This document shows positions 1 to 9,567 of a stretch of DNA of 64,000 nucleotides, one piece after another. Below the pieces are notes generated by a model, which saw only the letters and a program-made list of their open reading frames with translations, was not told the origin of the DNA and did not search any database. A program made the translations under genes and the position numbers. The stretch's first letter is position 1. The number at the start of each line of letters is the position of its first letter. This DNA is from Geminicoccaceae bacterium (lineage in GTDB: Bacteria > Pseudomonadota > Alphaproteobacteria > Geminicoccales > Geminicoccaceae), in the NCBI GenBank assembly GCA_041397945.1, contig JAWKVR010000008.1, forward strand, positions 23,414 to 87,413, given 5' to 3'.

Positions 1-738
1 CGGCGAAGTCGAGGGCGTAGAAGAGGGCGGTGCCCATGAGGCCGAGCAGCACCAGCGAGACGAAGACGCGGGTGGTGTCGAACTGGCCCTGCGCCACCAG
101 CACGAGAAAGCCGAGCCCGTTGCCGCCGGCGACGAACTCGCCGACGATCGCACCCACGAGCGCGAAGGAGATCGCCACCTTCATCCCGGCGAAGAGGCTG
201 GGCAGCGCATTGGGGAAGCGGATCTTGGCCAGGATCTGGAGCTGCGAGGCCCGGGCGGCACGCGCCAGGTTGACCATGTCCGGATCGACCGAGCGGAGCC
301 CCAGCACCGTGTCGATGACGATGGGAAAGAGCGCGAGCATCACGGCGACCGCGATCTTGGGCTCCATGCCGGTGCCGAGCCAGATGACGAAGAGGGGGGC
401 GAGCGCCACCTTGGGCACGCTGTTGAGCGCCACCAGCAGCGTGTAGATCGTCCGCTCCAGGAAGCGCGAGTAGACGATGGCGACGGCCAGCGCGATGCCC
501 AGTGCCACCGAGACGGCGAAGGCGAGGAGCGTGGTCCAGAGCGTGTAGCCCATGTGCCGGATGAAGAGCCTGGCGCGTCGTCAGGAACTCGGCTGCATGG
601 CGCTCGGTGGCGGCAGGAAGATCTTCGGCGGCTGTAGTACCAGACGCCGATCTCCCAGATGGCACCAGGGCCGCGAGCACGAGGAGCACGTCGCGCGTGT
701 GCGCTCTCGCCTATGAGATGCTTGCGCCAGAAGCTCAT
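1..738 (-). pseudogene. ABC transporter permease, NitT/TauT (SsuC/TauC-like) family; 3' end runs off the window; N-terminal part frameshifted
   Basis: My minus-strand translation of 1-555 is continuous (MGYTLWTTLLAFAVSVALGIALAVAIVYSRFLERTIYTLLVALNSVPKVALAPLFVIWLGTGMEPKIAVAVMLALFPIVIDTVLGLRSVDPDMVNLARAARASQLQILAKIRFPNALPSLFAGMKVAISFALVGAIVGEFVAGG...). The start MSFWRKHL at 738 overlaps the upstream ATPase stop (ATGA). The frame changes at least twice between 560 and 700. Confidence 0.8.
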
Positions 739-1490
739 TCCTTGAGGATCCCGAGCTCCGCGAAGTGATGGCGGATCTGCGCACATAGGCACCGAAGGCC
801 GGCGTCTCGCGGATGGCGAGCGGGCGCGGGCGCGGCAGGTCGATGTCGATCACCTCGACGATCCGCTCCCGGGCCGCGCGACATCATCACCACCCGGTCG
901 GCGAGGTAGACCGATCTGACGATCGAGTGGGTGATGAAGAGCACGGTCTTGTTGCTGCCCTGCCAGATCCGCGTCAGCTCGACATTGAGGTCGTCGCGGG
1001 TCATGGCATCGAGCGCGCCGAACGGCTCGTCCATGAGCAAAAGCTCGGGATCGCAGAGCAGCGCACGGCAGATCGCGGCGCGCTGGCGCATGCCGCCCGA
1101 GAGCTCCCAGGGGTGGCGGTCCTCGAAGCTCCTCGAGGCCGAAGCGGGCAAGGAGCGTATGGCCCGCTCGCGGTAGTCGGCGCGCGGCCGGCGCAGGAGC
1201 CTCGGCCTGCAGGAGCACGCCGTCGAGGATGGTCCGCCAGCCGAACAGCACGTCGCGCTGGAAGACGATGCCCATGGCGTCGGGCGGGCCGTCGAGCTGG
1301 CGGCCGTTGATCTCGATCGTGCCGCGGGTGATCGGCACGAGCCTGGCCAGGCACTTCATCAGCGTGCTCTGCCGCCGCTGGGGCCGACGACGCTGACGAA
1401 GGAGCCGGGCTATGCTGAGGTCGATGCGCCATTGCTTTGAGGTCGTCGTAGCGCGGCACAGATAAGACCTTCAGCTGTCGCAGTCGAGTT
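735..1490 (-). pseudogene. ABC transporter ATP-binding protein (NitT/TauT family), multiply frameshifted
   Basis: Fragments lie in three minus frames. [54 protein letters not shown] is in ORF 850-1359. [79 protein letters not shown] is in ORF 735-1151. [23 protein letters not shown] is in ORF 581-853. The 5' limit is approximate. Confidence 0.75.
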
Positions 1491-1500
1491 TCACATATCT

Positions 1501-2498
1501 TCAGCCGTCCGGAGCCGACGGCTCGCCCTGGCCCATCGCAGAGGTCGCGCCAGGTGGTGTCGTCCGGTCCCGCCGTCGATTCAGTTCACCGTCTCCTTGG
1601 CCGCTCCCGCTCGCGCGCCTGCCAGCCGATCGGCTTGCCCGCAGTCGCCGGGTGTCGAAATAGTCGAGGGTGATGCGGATTCGCTCGCGCAGGACATCCG
1701 GTTCAGGTTCGCATCGGGCCGCTGCGCGATGATCGCCTCGACGCCGAGATCGGGGTTCTCCCGATGGCCGCCCATGAAAGGCGCGCTGCTCCACGGCGAC
1801 CAGCTTGGCGAGCCCTCGCCGCGCTCGGCGATGGTCTCCTCGGTGGCGATCAGGCCGTAGCTCGGGAAGGTGAGGCCGGCCTCGTCCAGCATCATGCACT
1901 TGGAGTGGACGGTTGGCCTCGGCGACCGGGATCGCCGAGCCGATGGTCGACATGAGCCCGTCCGCCCGGCCCGCGGTGTAGGTGCTCCAGAGGGCGGCCG
2001 GATCGACGAACAGCACCTCGACCTTGGTTTCGTCGAGCCCGCCCGCGGCCAGATAGTCGTTGATATAGGCGGCCCAGGGCTGGCCGCGAAGACGACCAGC
2101 GTCTTGCCCTCCAGGATCGGCGATCTTCTCGATTGGCGAATCGCGATCGACGAGGATGCAGAGATCGGTCTTCCGCTGGAAGCCGGCGAGAAGGACGGAT
2201 CTGGCCCTTGCTCGCGCGAGGCGCCGAGCAGGCCGAGCTGGATTCCTGGCCGACATCCACTCCGCCGGCATTGACGAGCTGCAGCGTGTTGCCGGAGCCG
2301 CGGCCGTCCTGCAGGTCCACGGCGAGCCCCCGCCTCCTCGAACCAGCCTTCGTTCATGGCGTAGTGCAGCCGGCATGCACGCCCCAGGGCGAGAAATCGA
2401 GCCGGACCGTCAGGGGCTCCTGCGCCGCGGCCGAAACGGCCGTGGCCGCCATGAGCGCTGCCGCCAGGGTGCTTGCGAGGATCGTCCGTCATTGCCAT
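1501..2498 (-). pseudogene. NMT1/THI5-like periplasmic substrate-binding protein of the ABC system, multiply frameshifted
   Basis: The ATG at 2498 follows the SD AAGGAGAG. A signal peptide (ILASTLAAALMAATAVSAAAQEPLTVRLDFSPWGVHAG) is readable only after a frame change. Then come HYAMNEGWFEEAG, DLQDGRGSGNTLQLVNAGGVDVGQ (ORF 1892-2320) and AAYINDYLAAGGLDETKVEVLFVDPAALWSTYTAGRADGLMSTIGSAIPVAE (ORF 1501-2376). Confidence 0.7.
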
Positions 2499-2520
2499 CG
2501 TCGTCTCTCCTTCTTGGGGC

Positions 2521-4263
2521 CTAGGTTCTTTGTGCGCGCAGTTCGGCGCGCAGCGCGCTGTGGTCGCGCTTCGGGTCCAGCACGAACGTGTCGGACAGGA
2601 CCACGCCATGCCGGTCGCGGGCGAAGCCTTTGCTGATCTTCTCCGTCGAGCGCGTCCATGGCGACCAGCGCCGGGTCGCGCTCGAGCGGGTCGCCATAGC
2701 CGCCGCCCCGGCCTGGTGGTGGCAGAGGCTGTCGCCGGCCTCGATGTTCCGCGTCAGCTTGCCGGGCACGGCCTCGCATTCCTGTCCGGGTTCAGGATAT
2801 TCTCGGTGAGCGCACCCGGCCCGCCACCGAAGAGGCCGTAGGGCGCGTGCGCCGTGCGGTCGGAGCGGAGCCAGAGCATCGCCCGGGTGCGAGCAGGCGA
2901 TAGGTGCGCGTTAGGCCGAGTTCGCCCGCCACTTGCCGGCGCCGCAGGAATCCTGGCGGGTAGCCAGCCTCGATGCGCACGGGATAGCGCGCTCGAGCGT
3001 CTCGACCGGCAGTGGACATGTTCTGCGCCGGGTTGGTGACCCCTCGATGCCGTCCTGGTCGACGCGCCCGCCCCAGGCGCCGTTGATCATGTCGACGAGG
3101 ATGAAGGGCTCGCCTGTCGCCTTGTCGTAGCCGCCGAGGCAGACGACCGTATTGCCGCCCTCGCCGGCGGCCATGACCTTCGCCGGGACGATCTGGGCGA
3201 GGCAGCCGAGCATGGTGTCGACGATGCGATAGCCGGTGAGTGCTCGAGCAGCGACGGCGGCGGGCAGACGCGGGTTCAGCATCGAGCCCGGGGGCGCCTT
3301 GACGTCGATGCAGCGAAAGACGCCGGCATTGTTGGGGGCGTCGGAATCCATCACACAGCGCACGCTGAGATAGCTCGCCGACTTGACGAAGGAGAGGGTC
3401 GAGTTGATGGCCCCCTTCACCTGGGGCGCGCTGCCCTCGAAATCGACCTCGAGATGGCCGCCCTTGACCGTGATGGTCGCCTTGATCGGGATCGGCGCCT
3501 CGCTGAACCCGTCGCCGTCGATGTGGTCGGTGAAGCTGTAGGTGCCGTCCGGCCAGGCCTCGATCTCGCGCCGGGTCATGGTCTCGGCGTAGTCGAGCAG
3601 ACCCTCGATGTAGCTCTCGACCGTGGCGGCACCGTAGCGCTCGAAAAGGCGCAGGAACTGCCGCTCGCCCATCCGGCAGGTGGCGTATTGCGAGAGCAGG
3701 TCGCCGATCACGAGGTCCGGCACGCGGACGTTCTTCTCGAACAGGCGAAAGAGCGTCTTGTTCGGCTCGCCCCGCTCGTAGAGCTTGAGCGGCGGGACGC
3801 GGAAGCCCTCCTGGAAGATCTCGGTCGAATCCGAGGCGTTCGAGCCCGGCACCCGCCCGCCCATGTCGCAATGATGGGCGACGACGACGGTGAAGCCCTG
3901 CAGCCGGTCCTGAAAGAAGACCGGCTTGAACATGAAGATGTCCGGGAGATGCATGCCGCCCTCGTAAGGGTCGTTCATGATCACCACGTCGCCCGGGGCG
4001 AAATCATTGCCGAACGCGGCCTGCACCGCCGCGATGGCGTCCGGCACCGCCCCCAGGTGCAGGGCCACGGTCTTCGCCTGGGCGACGATGCGGCCATGGC
4101 GGTCGCAGAGCGTCGTCGAGTAGTCCAGCACCTCGCGGACGATGTGCGAGCGGGCCGTGCGCATCACGTTGTAGGCCATCTCGTCGACGATGGTGTCGAA
4201 GGCGTTCTTGATCACCGCGAAGGTGATCGGGTCGGCGAATGGCGAGGCGTCGCCCGTGGTCAT
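2521..4263 (-). pseudogene. hyuB: Hydantoinase B / N-methylhydantoinase B (oxoprolinase family), C-terminal third multiply frameshifted
   Basis: MTTGDASPFADPITFAVIKNAFDTIVDEMAYNVMRTARSHIVREVLDYSTTLCDRHGRIVAQ...MNDPYEGGMHLPDIFMFKPVFF is continuous from 4263 to about 3060. The remainder (VTNPAQNMST, VRIEAGY, GGGYGDPLERDPALVAMDALDGKISKGFARDRHGVVL) is scattered over other frames (ORFs 2792-3871, 2489-2779, 2521-2769). The ATG overlaps the hyuA stop (ATGA). Confidence 0.8.
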
Positions 4264-6369
4264 GCCCGGCCCTCCAGCTCGATGCGCAGATTGCCCGCCT
4301 CGTCCGCCCGCACCACGGCACCGGGCGGGATGACCGCGGTCGTGTCCAGGCTCTCGACGATCAGCGGCCCCCTGGCCTCCGCCGGCAAGGCCGAGCGGTC
4401 GATGACCGGGGTCGCAATGAAGCCCGATTCGCGCGCGAACATCACCTGACGCTCCGAAGCAACGTTCGTGCCACCGGTGGCGCTGGTGCGGTAGCTCGTG
4501 AAGTCGAGCTTGCCGGCGCGGTGGCCGCGCCCGACGACGCGCACCGCCACGACCTCGACCCGGTCCCGGGCGCGATACTCGTAGACCCGCTCGTAGGCTT
4601 CGAGGAAGCGCTCGCGCAAGGGGGCCGCGAAGCCCGCCTCGATCGTGCCGTCGACGGTGATGCCGAGCTCGGTGTCCTGGTTCTCGAAGCGAAGATCGAC
4701 CTGCCGCTCGATCGCCATCTGGTCGGCGGTGAAGCCCTCCTCGGCCAGCGCCGCCCGGGCCTCGGCCTCGAGCCGGTCGAGCGCCGCCCGGAGCCGCGGC
4801 GCCAAAGCTTCGTCGAGCGGTGCGGGCAGGGGCTCGACGAGCTGGCGCTCGATGTCGCCCGCCAGCATGCCGGCGGCGGTGAAGACGCCGGCGAGGTTGG
4901 GCATGAGGACGTGGCGGATGCCGAGCATGGCGGCCAGGTCGCAGGCATGGACCGGGCCGCTGCCGCCGAAGGCGACGAGCGTGAAGTCGCGCGGGTCGAC
5001 CCCGCGCTCGACGGTCACCGCCCGGATGGCACGGGCCATGTTGAGATTGGCGATCTCGCGCACGCCCAGCGCCGCCGCGGCGGCGTCGACGCCGAGCGGG
5101 GCGGCGACATGGGTGGTGATCGCCGCATGGGAGAGGCTGGCGTCGATGGCGAGCGTGCCGCCGGCGAGCTCCTTCGGGTTGAGGTAGCCGAGCACCACGT
5201 TGGCATCGGTCACCGTGGCCTGGCTGCCGCCCTTGCCGTAGCAGGCGGGGCCGGGCTCCGCACCGGCCGAGCGTGGCCCCATGAATGAGCCCGCCCGCAT
5301 CGACCCGGGCGATCGAGCCCGCCCCGGCGCCCACCTCGGCGATGTCGATGGTGGGGGCGCGCATGAGGAAGCCGCCGGCCTTGATGAAGCGGCTCGGCGT
5401 CGAGATGCCGGCGCGGAACTCGTACTCGTTGGTGCGCGAGATGCGCCCGCCCTCGATCAGCGCCGCCTTCGCCGTGGTGCCGCCCATGTCGAAGACGATG
5501 AGATCGTCGATCCGCCCGGCCGTGCCGAGCCGGGCAGCACCGTGACACCGGCGGCCGGGCCGGAGGAGATGAAGAGCACGGGCTGCTCCTGCGCCACGGC
5601 GGCGCGGACGAGGCCGCCGCTCGAGCTGACGACGAGAAGCGGCGCCGCTATGCCGAGCGCTTCGAGCCCGGCGGCCAGCCTCGCCAGATAGCCCCGCATG
5701 ACCGGCAGGACATAGGCGTTGACCACGGCCGTGCTGGTCCGCTCGTACTCCTTGGCCTCGGGCTGCAGGGCGGCGGAAAGCGTGACCTCGAAATCCGGGA
5801 ATGTGCGCCGTCAGGAGCTCGCCGACACGTCGCTCGTGGGTGCCGTTGCGGTAGCTGCTGATGAAGCAGACCGCGACCGAGGTGATGCCCAGCGCCTGCA
5901 GCCGCCGGCCGGCCTCCAGCACCTCCGCGTCGACGAGCGGTGTGAGCACCGCCCCGTCGGCGGCGACCCGCTCGGTCACCTCGAGCCGGGCGCGCCGCGG
6001 CACCAGGGGCTCGGGCTTGGTCCAGGCGAGATCGAACATCTCGGGCGTGCGCACCCGGCCGATCTCGAGGATGTCGCGAAACCCCTTGGTGGTGATCAGC
6101 CCGGTCGGCGCCCCGGTGCGCTCGAGGAGCGTGTTCGAGCCGATGGTCGTGCCATGCAGGACTTCGACCACCTGCCCGCCATCGACGCCGGCCTCGGCCA
6201 TGATCGAGCGAATCCCGTCGAGCACGGCGGCCTCGGGCGCCGAGCCGGTCGAGGAGACCTTGGCGGTCAGCACCTCGCCGTCCCCCTTGCTCAGCACGAG
6301 GTCGGTGAAGGTGCCGCCGATATCCGCGGCGATCCTGACCGTCCGATCGCCCGGTCCCGCCAAGCCCAT
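4260..6369 (-). pseudogene. hyuA: Hydantoinase A / N-methylhydantoinase A, at least 3 frameshifts
   Basis: VRIAADIGGTFTDLVLSKGDGEVLTAKVSST...ITTKGFRDILEIGR (ORF 2911-6378 frame). VNAYVLPVMRGYLARLAAGLEALGIAAPLLVVSSSGG (ORF 5457-5726). IVFDMGGTTAKAALIEGG. C-terminal 346 aa in ORF 4260-5300. Likely start MGLAG at 6369, with SD AGGGA 8 nt upstream. Confidence 0.8.
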
Positions 6370-6383
6370 GCGCCGCATCCCTA

Positions 6384-6401
6384 ACTAACCAATTGGTTAG
6401 T
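6384..6401. promoter_or_regulatory. 18-bp perfect palindrome ACTAACCAATTGGTTAGT immediately upstream of hyuA (candidate operator)
   Basis: I checked the reverse complement base by base. It lies 15-32 nt upstream of the hyuA start, in the hyuA 5' intergenic region. Confidence 0.6.
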
Positions 6402-6458
6402 ACGCTAGGTGCGACTAGGCACCTTGTCAATCGGCCGGCGGAGGGTAGTCGGGGCATC

Positions 6459-6862
6459 TCATGCCGCTCGGCTGCCGGTAGCCAGGCAGTGCCCGCCGAG
6501 CCAGGCGATGGCCAGCCAGACGAGGCTGCGGAGCGTCATCGCACCCACGGTTCGCATTTCGAAGGCGCCGCCGGTGGCAACATGGACGGCAAAGGCCACG
6601 AAGACGAGCAGTGTGGCCAGGGCGATGAGCCAGGCGAGGCGGGCAGCCCAGTGTCGGGCACGCCAGAGACCGATGCCGGCCACCACATAGGCGAAGCCGG
6701 CGAGCGTGTTGAACCAGAGGACGAAGGGCACCGCGTCGCCGACTGCGGCCCTGGCCTCGGGTCCGCCGAAGAGTGCCGTGCCGCCGGAAAAGACCGTGGC
6801 GACGCCGAAGAGAACGGCGATGACGGCGAGCACCTTCAGCAGGCGATTGCCGGCGTTCATGT
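6459..6862 (-). CDS. Small integral membrane protein (4 predicted hydrophobic segments), unknown function
   Basis: MNAGNRLLKVLAVIAVLFGVATVFSGGTALFGGPEARAAVGDAVPFVLWFNTLAGFAYVVAGIGLWRARHWAARLAWLIALATLLVFVAFAVHVATGGAFEMRTVGAMTLRSLVWLAIAWLGG. SD AAGGAGGAC lies upstream of the ATG at 6862. The ORF stays open upstream to 7382, but that extension does not look membrane-like. Confidence 0.7.
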
Positions 6863-7143
6863 CGGTCCTCCTTGAACCGCTGGCGCATGCAGGGCAGCCG
6901 CGCGCCTCGCGCCGCTTGTGGCATTTGTCTACACCCTGCCGGAAATGGTGCGTGGCAAAGATCCGGATGTCGCCCGAGACGACCGGCGCATGAGAGCGAC
7001 CGCCGGGCATGTCGACTTCACGCAGGAAGGCAGCCACGTATTGTTCAGCGTCTGGACCGACCGATGGGCTCTGGTGAACTATGATGCGCACATGCTGGCG
7101 GAGGTCAAAAGGGTCCCGATGCGTCGACCGATAGGCAGGATCA

Positions 7144-7878
7144 ATGTCCACACTCGCCTTGCAACCGCCGGCTGCTGAGCGGAACAGGGTTGTCGGCCCG
7201 GCGCTGCTGCTCTGCGCGCATGGTGCCCGCGGCGTGGCCGGTGCCGCCGCCCGGCACGCGGGCGTGCTGCGGCGGCAGGCCCGCTTTGCCGCGGTCGAGG
7301 CCTGTGCCTTGCATGGTGCCCCGAGGCTGGAGTCGGTGCTCGCCCGGATGGCGCCGGGGCCGCTCACCGTGCTGCCCTTCATGATGGCCGAAGGCTACAC
7401 GCTGCAGGTGCTCGAGGGCCGGCTGCGCGCCGCCCGGCCCGACGCCCGCCTGGCCCCGGCCCTGGGCTCCCATGTGGGGATCGCCGATCTGCTCGTGGCG
7501 CGGGCGCTCAAGGGCCTGCGCGCCCATGGCCGCGCGCCGCACGAGACCGCGCTGCTGCTCGTCGGCCACGGCACCACGCGGCACCCGGATTCCGCCCTGA
7601 CGGCCAAGCGCCACGCGGCCGTGATCAGGGGGCGGGGTGTCTTCGCCGAGGTGGGCGTGGCCTTTCTCGACGAGGCGCCGGCAGTGGCGGAGGCCGTGGC
7701 CCGGTTGGCCGCACCCTTCATCGCCGGGGTCGGCTTTCTCACCGATGCCGGCCAGCACGGTGCCGGCGACGTGGCGCGGCTCATGGCCGAAACCGACCGT
7801 GCCGGCGTCTATTTCGGCCCGATCGGCCCCGACCCGGCGCTCTTGCCGCTGATCGTCGAGGCGGCGACCCTCCGGTAG
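7144..7878 (+). CDS. cbiX: CbiX / sirohydrochlorin chelatase-like protein
   Basis: 244-aa ORF. Two CbiX-like halves: ALLLCAHGARG...VLPFMMAEGY and ALLLVGHGTTRHPDS...GVGFLTDAGQHGAGD. Confidence 0.75.
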   Translation: MSTLALQPPAAERNRVVGPALLLCAHGARGVAGAAARHAGVLRRQARFAAVEACALHGAPRLESVLARMAPGPLTVLPFMMAEGYTLQVLEGRLRAARPDARLAPALGSHVGIADLLVARALKGLRAHGRAPHETALLLVGHGTTRHPDSALTAKRHAAVIRGRGVFAEVGVAFLDEAPAVAEAVARLAAPFIAGVGFLTDAGQHGAGDVARLMAETDRAGVYFGPIGPDPALLPLIVEAATLR

Positions 7879-8417
7879 CGGCCGAGGAGGAAGAAGAAGG
7901 GCCGTGGCGACCGCTGCAGCTCCATCAGCCCGAGCACCCGGTCGGCATCGATCCGGCGGAAGTGATCGGTGATCGGCAGCCGGTCGTAGACCATGGCGGC
8001 ACTCGACCGGCCGCGAAAGACGCGCGTCTCCAGCTTCGCCGCCGGCCCGCGCGCACGGAGCAGCGGGCGGAGCGCTCGAAACGCCGCCCGCACCGGGCCG
8101 CTCCGGCTGAAGCCCGGCAGGCGGAGCGCCAGACCGACCGGCAGGCGGGCCGGCTCGATGGCCACGGGCACCCCGGACGAATCCCGGAAGAGCAGGGGGT
8201 GCACGCGATCCGCGGCGTCGAACGCCTTGCCGTGCCAGCCGAGCGCCTCGAGCAGGCCGTCGAGCGGGTGGCCGGTCGGCAGGCTGCACCCCCGCCAGTG
8301 GCCCAACATGGCGTCGGGCGCGAGGCCCGGCAGCGTATCGAAGCGGTAGAGCGCCACATCAGGGTCGATCGCTCGGTTCCGCCAGGCCTCGAGCCAGTCG
8401 GGCTCGCCTGCCGGCAC
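7809..8417 (-). CDS. GXWXG + DUF4334 domain protein
   Basis: GHWRG motif and a C-terminal VLGLMELQRSPRPFFFLLGR typical of DUF4334. GTG start at 8417 just after the idnD stop. The 3' tail overlaps convergent cbiX by 70 nt. Confidence 0.7.
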   Translation of the reverse strand: MPAGEPDWLEAWRNRAIDPDVALYRFDTLPGLAPDAMLGHWRGCSLPTGHPLDGLLEALGWHGKAFDAADRVHPLLFRDSSGVPVAIEPARLPVGLALRLPGFSRSGPVRAAFRALRPLLRARGPAAKLETRVFRGRSSAAMVYDRLPITDHFRRIDADRVLGLMELQRSPRPFFFLLGRYRRVAASTISGKSAGSGPIGPK

Positions 8418-8419
8418 GC

Positions 8420-9460
8420 CTATGTGGCGAGGGCGAGCTGGACCTTCACGGCCCGGCTGCGGTCGCCGGCGAGCTCGAAGGCGTCGCGCGCATCCGCGAT
8501 GGGGAAATCGCCGGTCAGGATCGGCGTCGGGTCGATCCGGCCCTCGTCGATCAGCCGGACGGCCTCGCTGAACTCGGGGTGGAAACGGTGCGTGCCGACG
8601 AGCTCGATCTCCTTGGCGACGATCAGGTTGAGCGGCACCGCCACGTCGCCGGTGACCCCCACCTGGACGATCCGGCCCATGGGCCGCGTCGTCTCGATCG
8701 AGGTGCGGATGGCCGGGCCGGCGGCGGAGCATTCGAAGGCGACGTCGAAATGGCCCTTGTCCGCCTTGTAGGCGTCCATCGCGTCGGCGTCGCGCGTGAG
8801 ATTGACCGCGCTCGTCGCACCCATGGCGGTGGCGGCGGCGAGGGTGGCGTCGTGCAGGTCGGTGACGACGATCTCGGTAGCGCCGCCGGCAGCCGCGGCG
8901 GCGACGCAGAGGCTGCCGATGGGGCCGGCGCCGGTGACCAGCACGCGCTTGCCGTCGAGGCTGCCGGCCCGGCTCCGGGCATGCAGACAGACCGCGAGCG
9001 GCTCGGCGCAGGCGGCCTTGGCGAGGCTCGTGGCAAGGCTCACCGGCACGCATTGCGCGGCCTCGACCACGATGCGCTCGCGGAACAGGCCCTGCTCGTG
9101 CGGGAAGCGCATGGCCGAGCCGCGAAAGCGCATCGCCAGGCAGTGCTGGAACTTGCCCGCCTCACAGTAGCTGCACTGGCCGCAGGGCCGGCTCGGGTTG
9201 ACCGCCACCTTCGTGCCGATGGCGAGCTCGACGCCGGGGCCGACCGCCTCGACGGTGCCGGATGCCTCGTGGCCGAGGATGATCGGCTCCTTCACCCGGA
9301 TCGGGCCGAAGCCGCCATGCTGGTAGTAGTGCAGATCCGAGCCGCAGATGCCGCCCGCACCCATGCGCAGGCGCACCTCGCCCGGGCCGGGCTCCGCGAC
9401 CTCGACGGTCTCGATGCGGATGTCGCCCTGGGCATGGAGACGGCAGACACGGGCTTGCAT
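8420..9460 (-). CDS. idnD: L-idonate 5-dehydrogenase-like zinc-dependent alcohol dehydrogenase
   Basis: GGICGSDLHYYQHGGFG, GHEASGTV, PCGQCSYCEAGKFQHCLAMRFRGSAMRFPHEQGLF, VLVTGAGPIGSL, AVKVQL. These closely parallel E. coli IdnD as I recall it. Start MQARV at 9460. Confidence 0.85.
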   Translation of the reverse strand: MQARVCRLHAQGDIRIETVEVAEPGPGEVRLRMGAGGICGSDLHYYQHGGFGPIRVKEPIILGHEASGTVEAVGPGVELAIGTKVAVNPSRPCGQCSYCEAGKFQHCLAMRFRGSAMRFPHEQGLFRERIVVEAAQCVPVSLATSLAKAACAEPLAVCLHARSRAGSLDGKRVLVTGAGPIGSLCVAAAAAGGATEIVVTDLHDATLAAATAMGATSAVNLTRDADAMDAYKADKGHFDVAFECSAAGPAIRTSIETTRPMGRIVQVGVTGDVAVPLNLIVAKEIELVGTHRFHPEFSEAVRLIDEGRIDPTPILTGDFPIADARDAFELAGDRSRAVKVQLALAT

Positions 9461-9567
9461 GGCTTGGCCTTTCCTGACAGCGGTCCGAAGCTGCCGCTTT
9501 TCCATGCTAATCAACCGAAATCAAATCTGATAGGCAACCGGTCACGCTGGCAGGGAGGAAGAAGCGA

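Noticed and set aside
2911-6378. 1155-aa ORF as a single HyuA-HyuB fusion protein
   Set aside because: Only the first ~195 aa, a short middle stretch and the HyuB part are recognisable in this frame. The rest of HyuA reads in other frames (ORFs 5457-5726, 4260-5300). HyuA ends with its own stop, overlapping the HyuB ATG at 4260-4263.
6900-7143. Cobalamin riboswitch upstream of cbiX
   Set aside because: There are fragments resembling core elements (CCGGAAATGGTGCG...AAAGATCC, GGAAGGC, GCCACG). However, the GGGAA/GGTG/AATCC spacing is disrupted, the CCCGC-ACTGT segment is not matched, and the GCCAC-type box lies after rather than before GGAAGGC.
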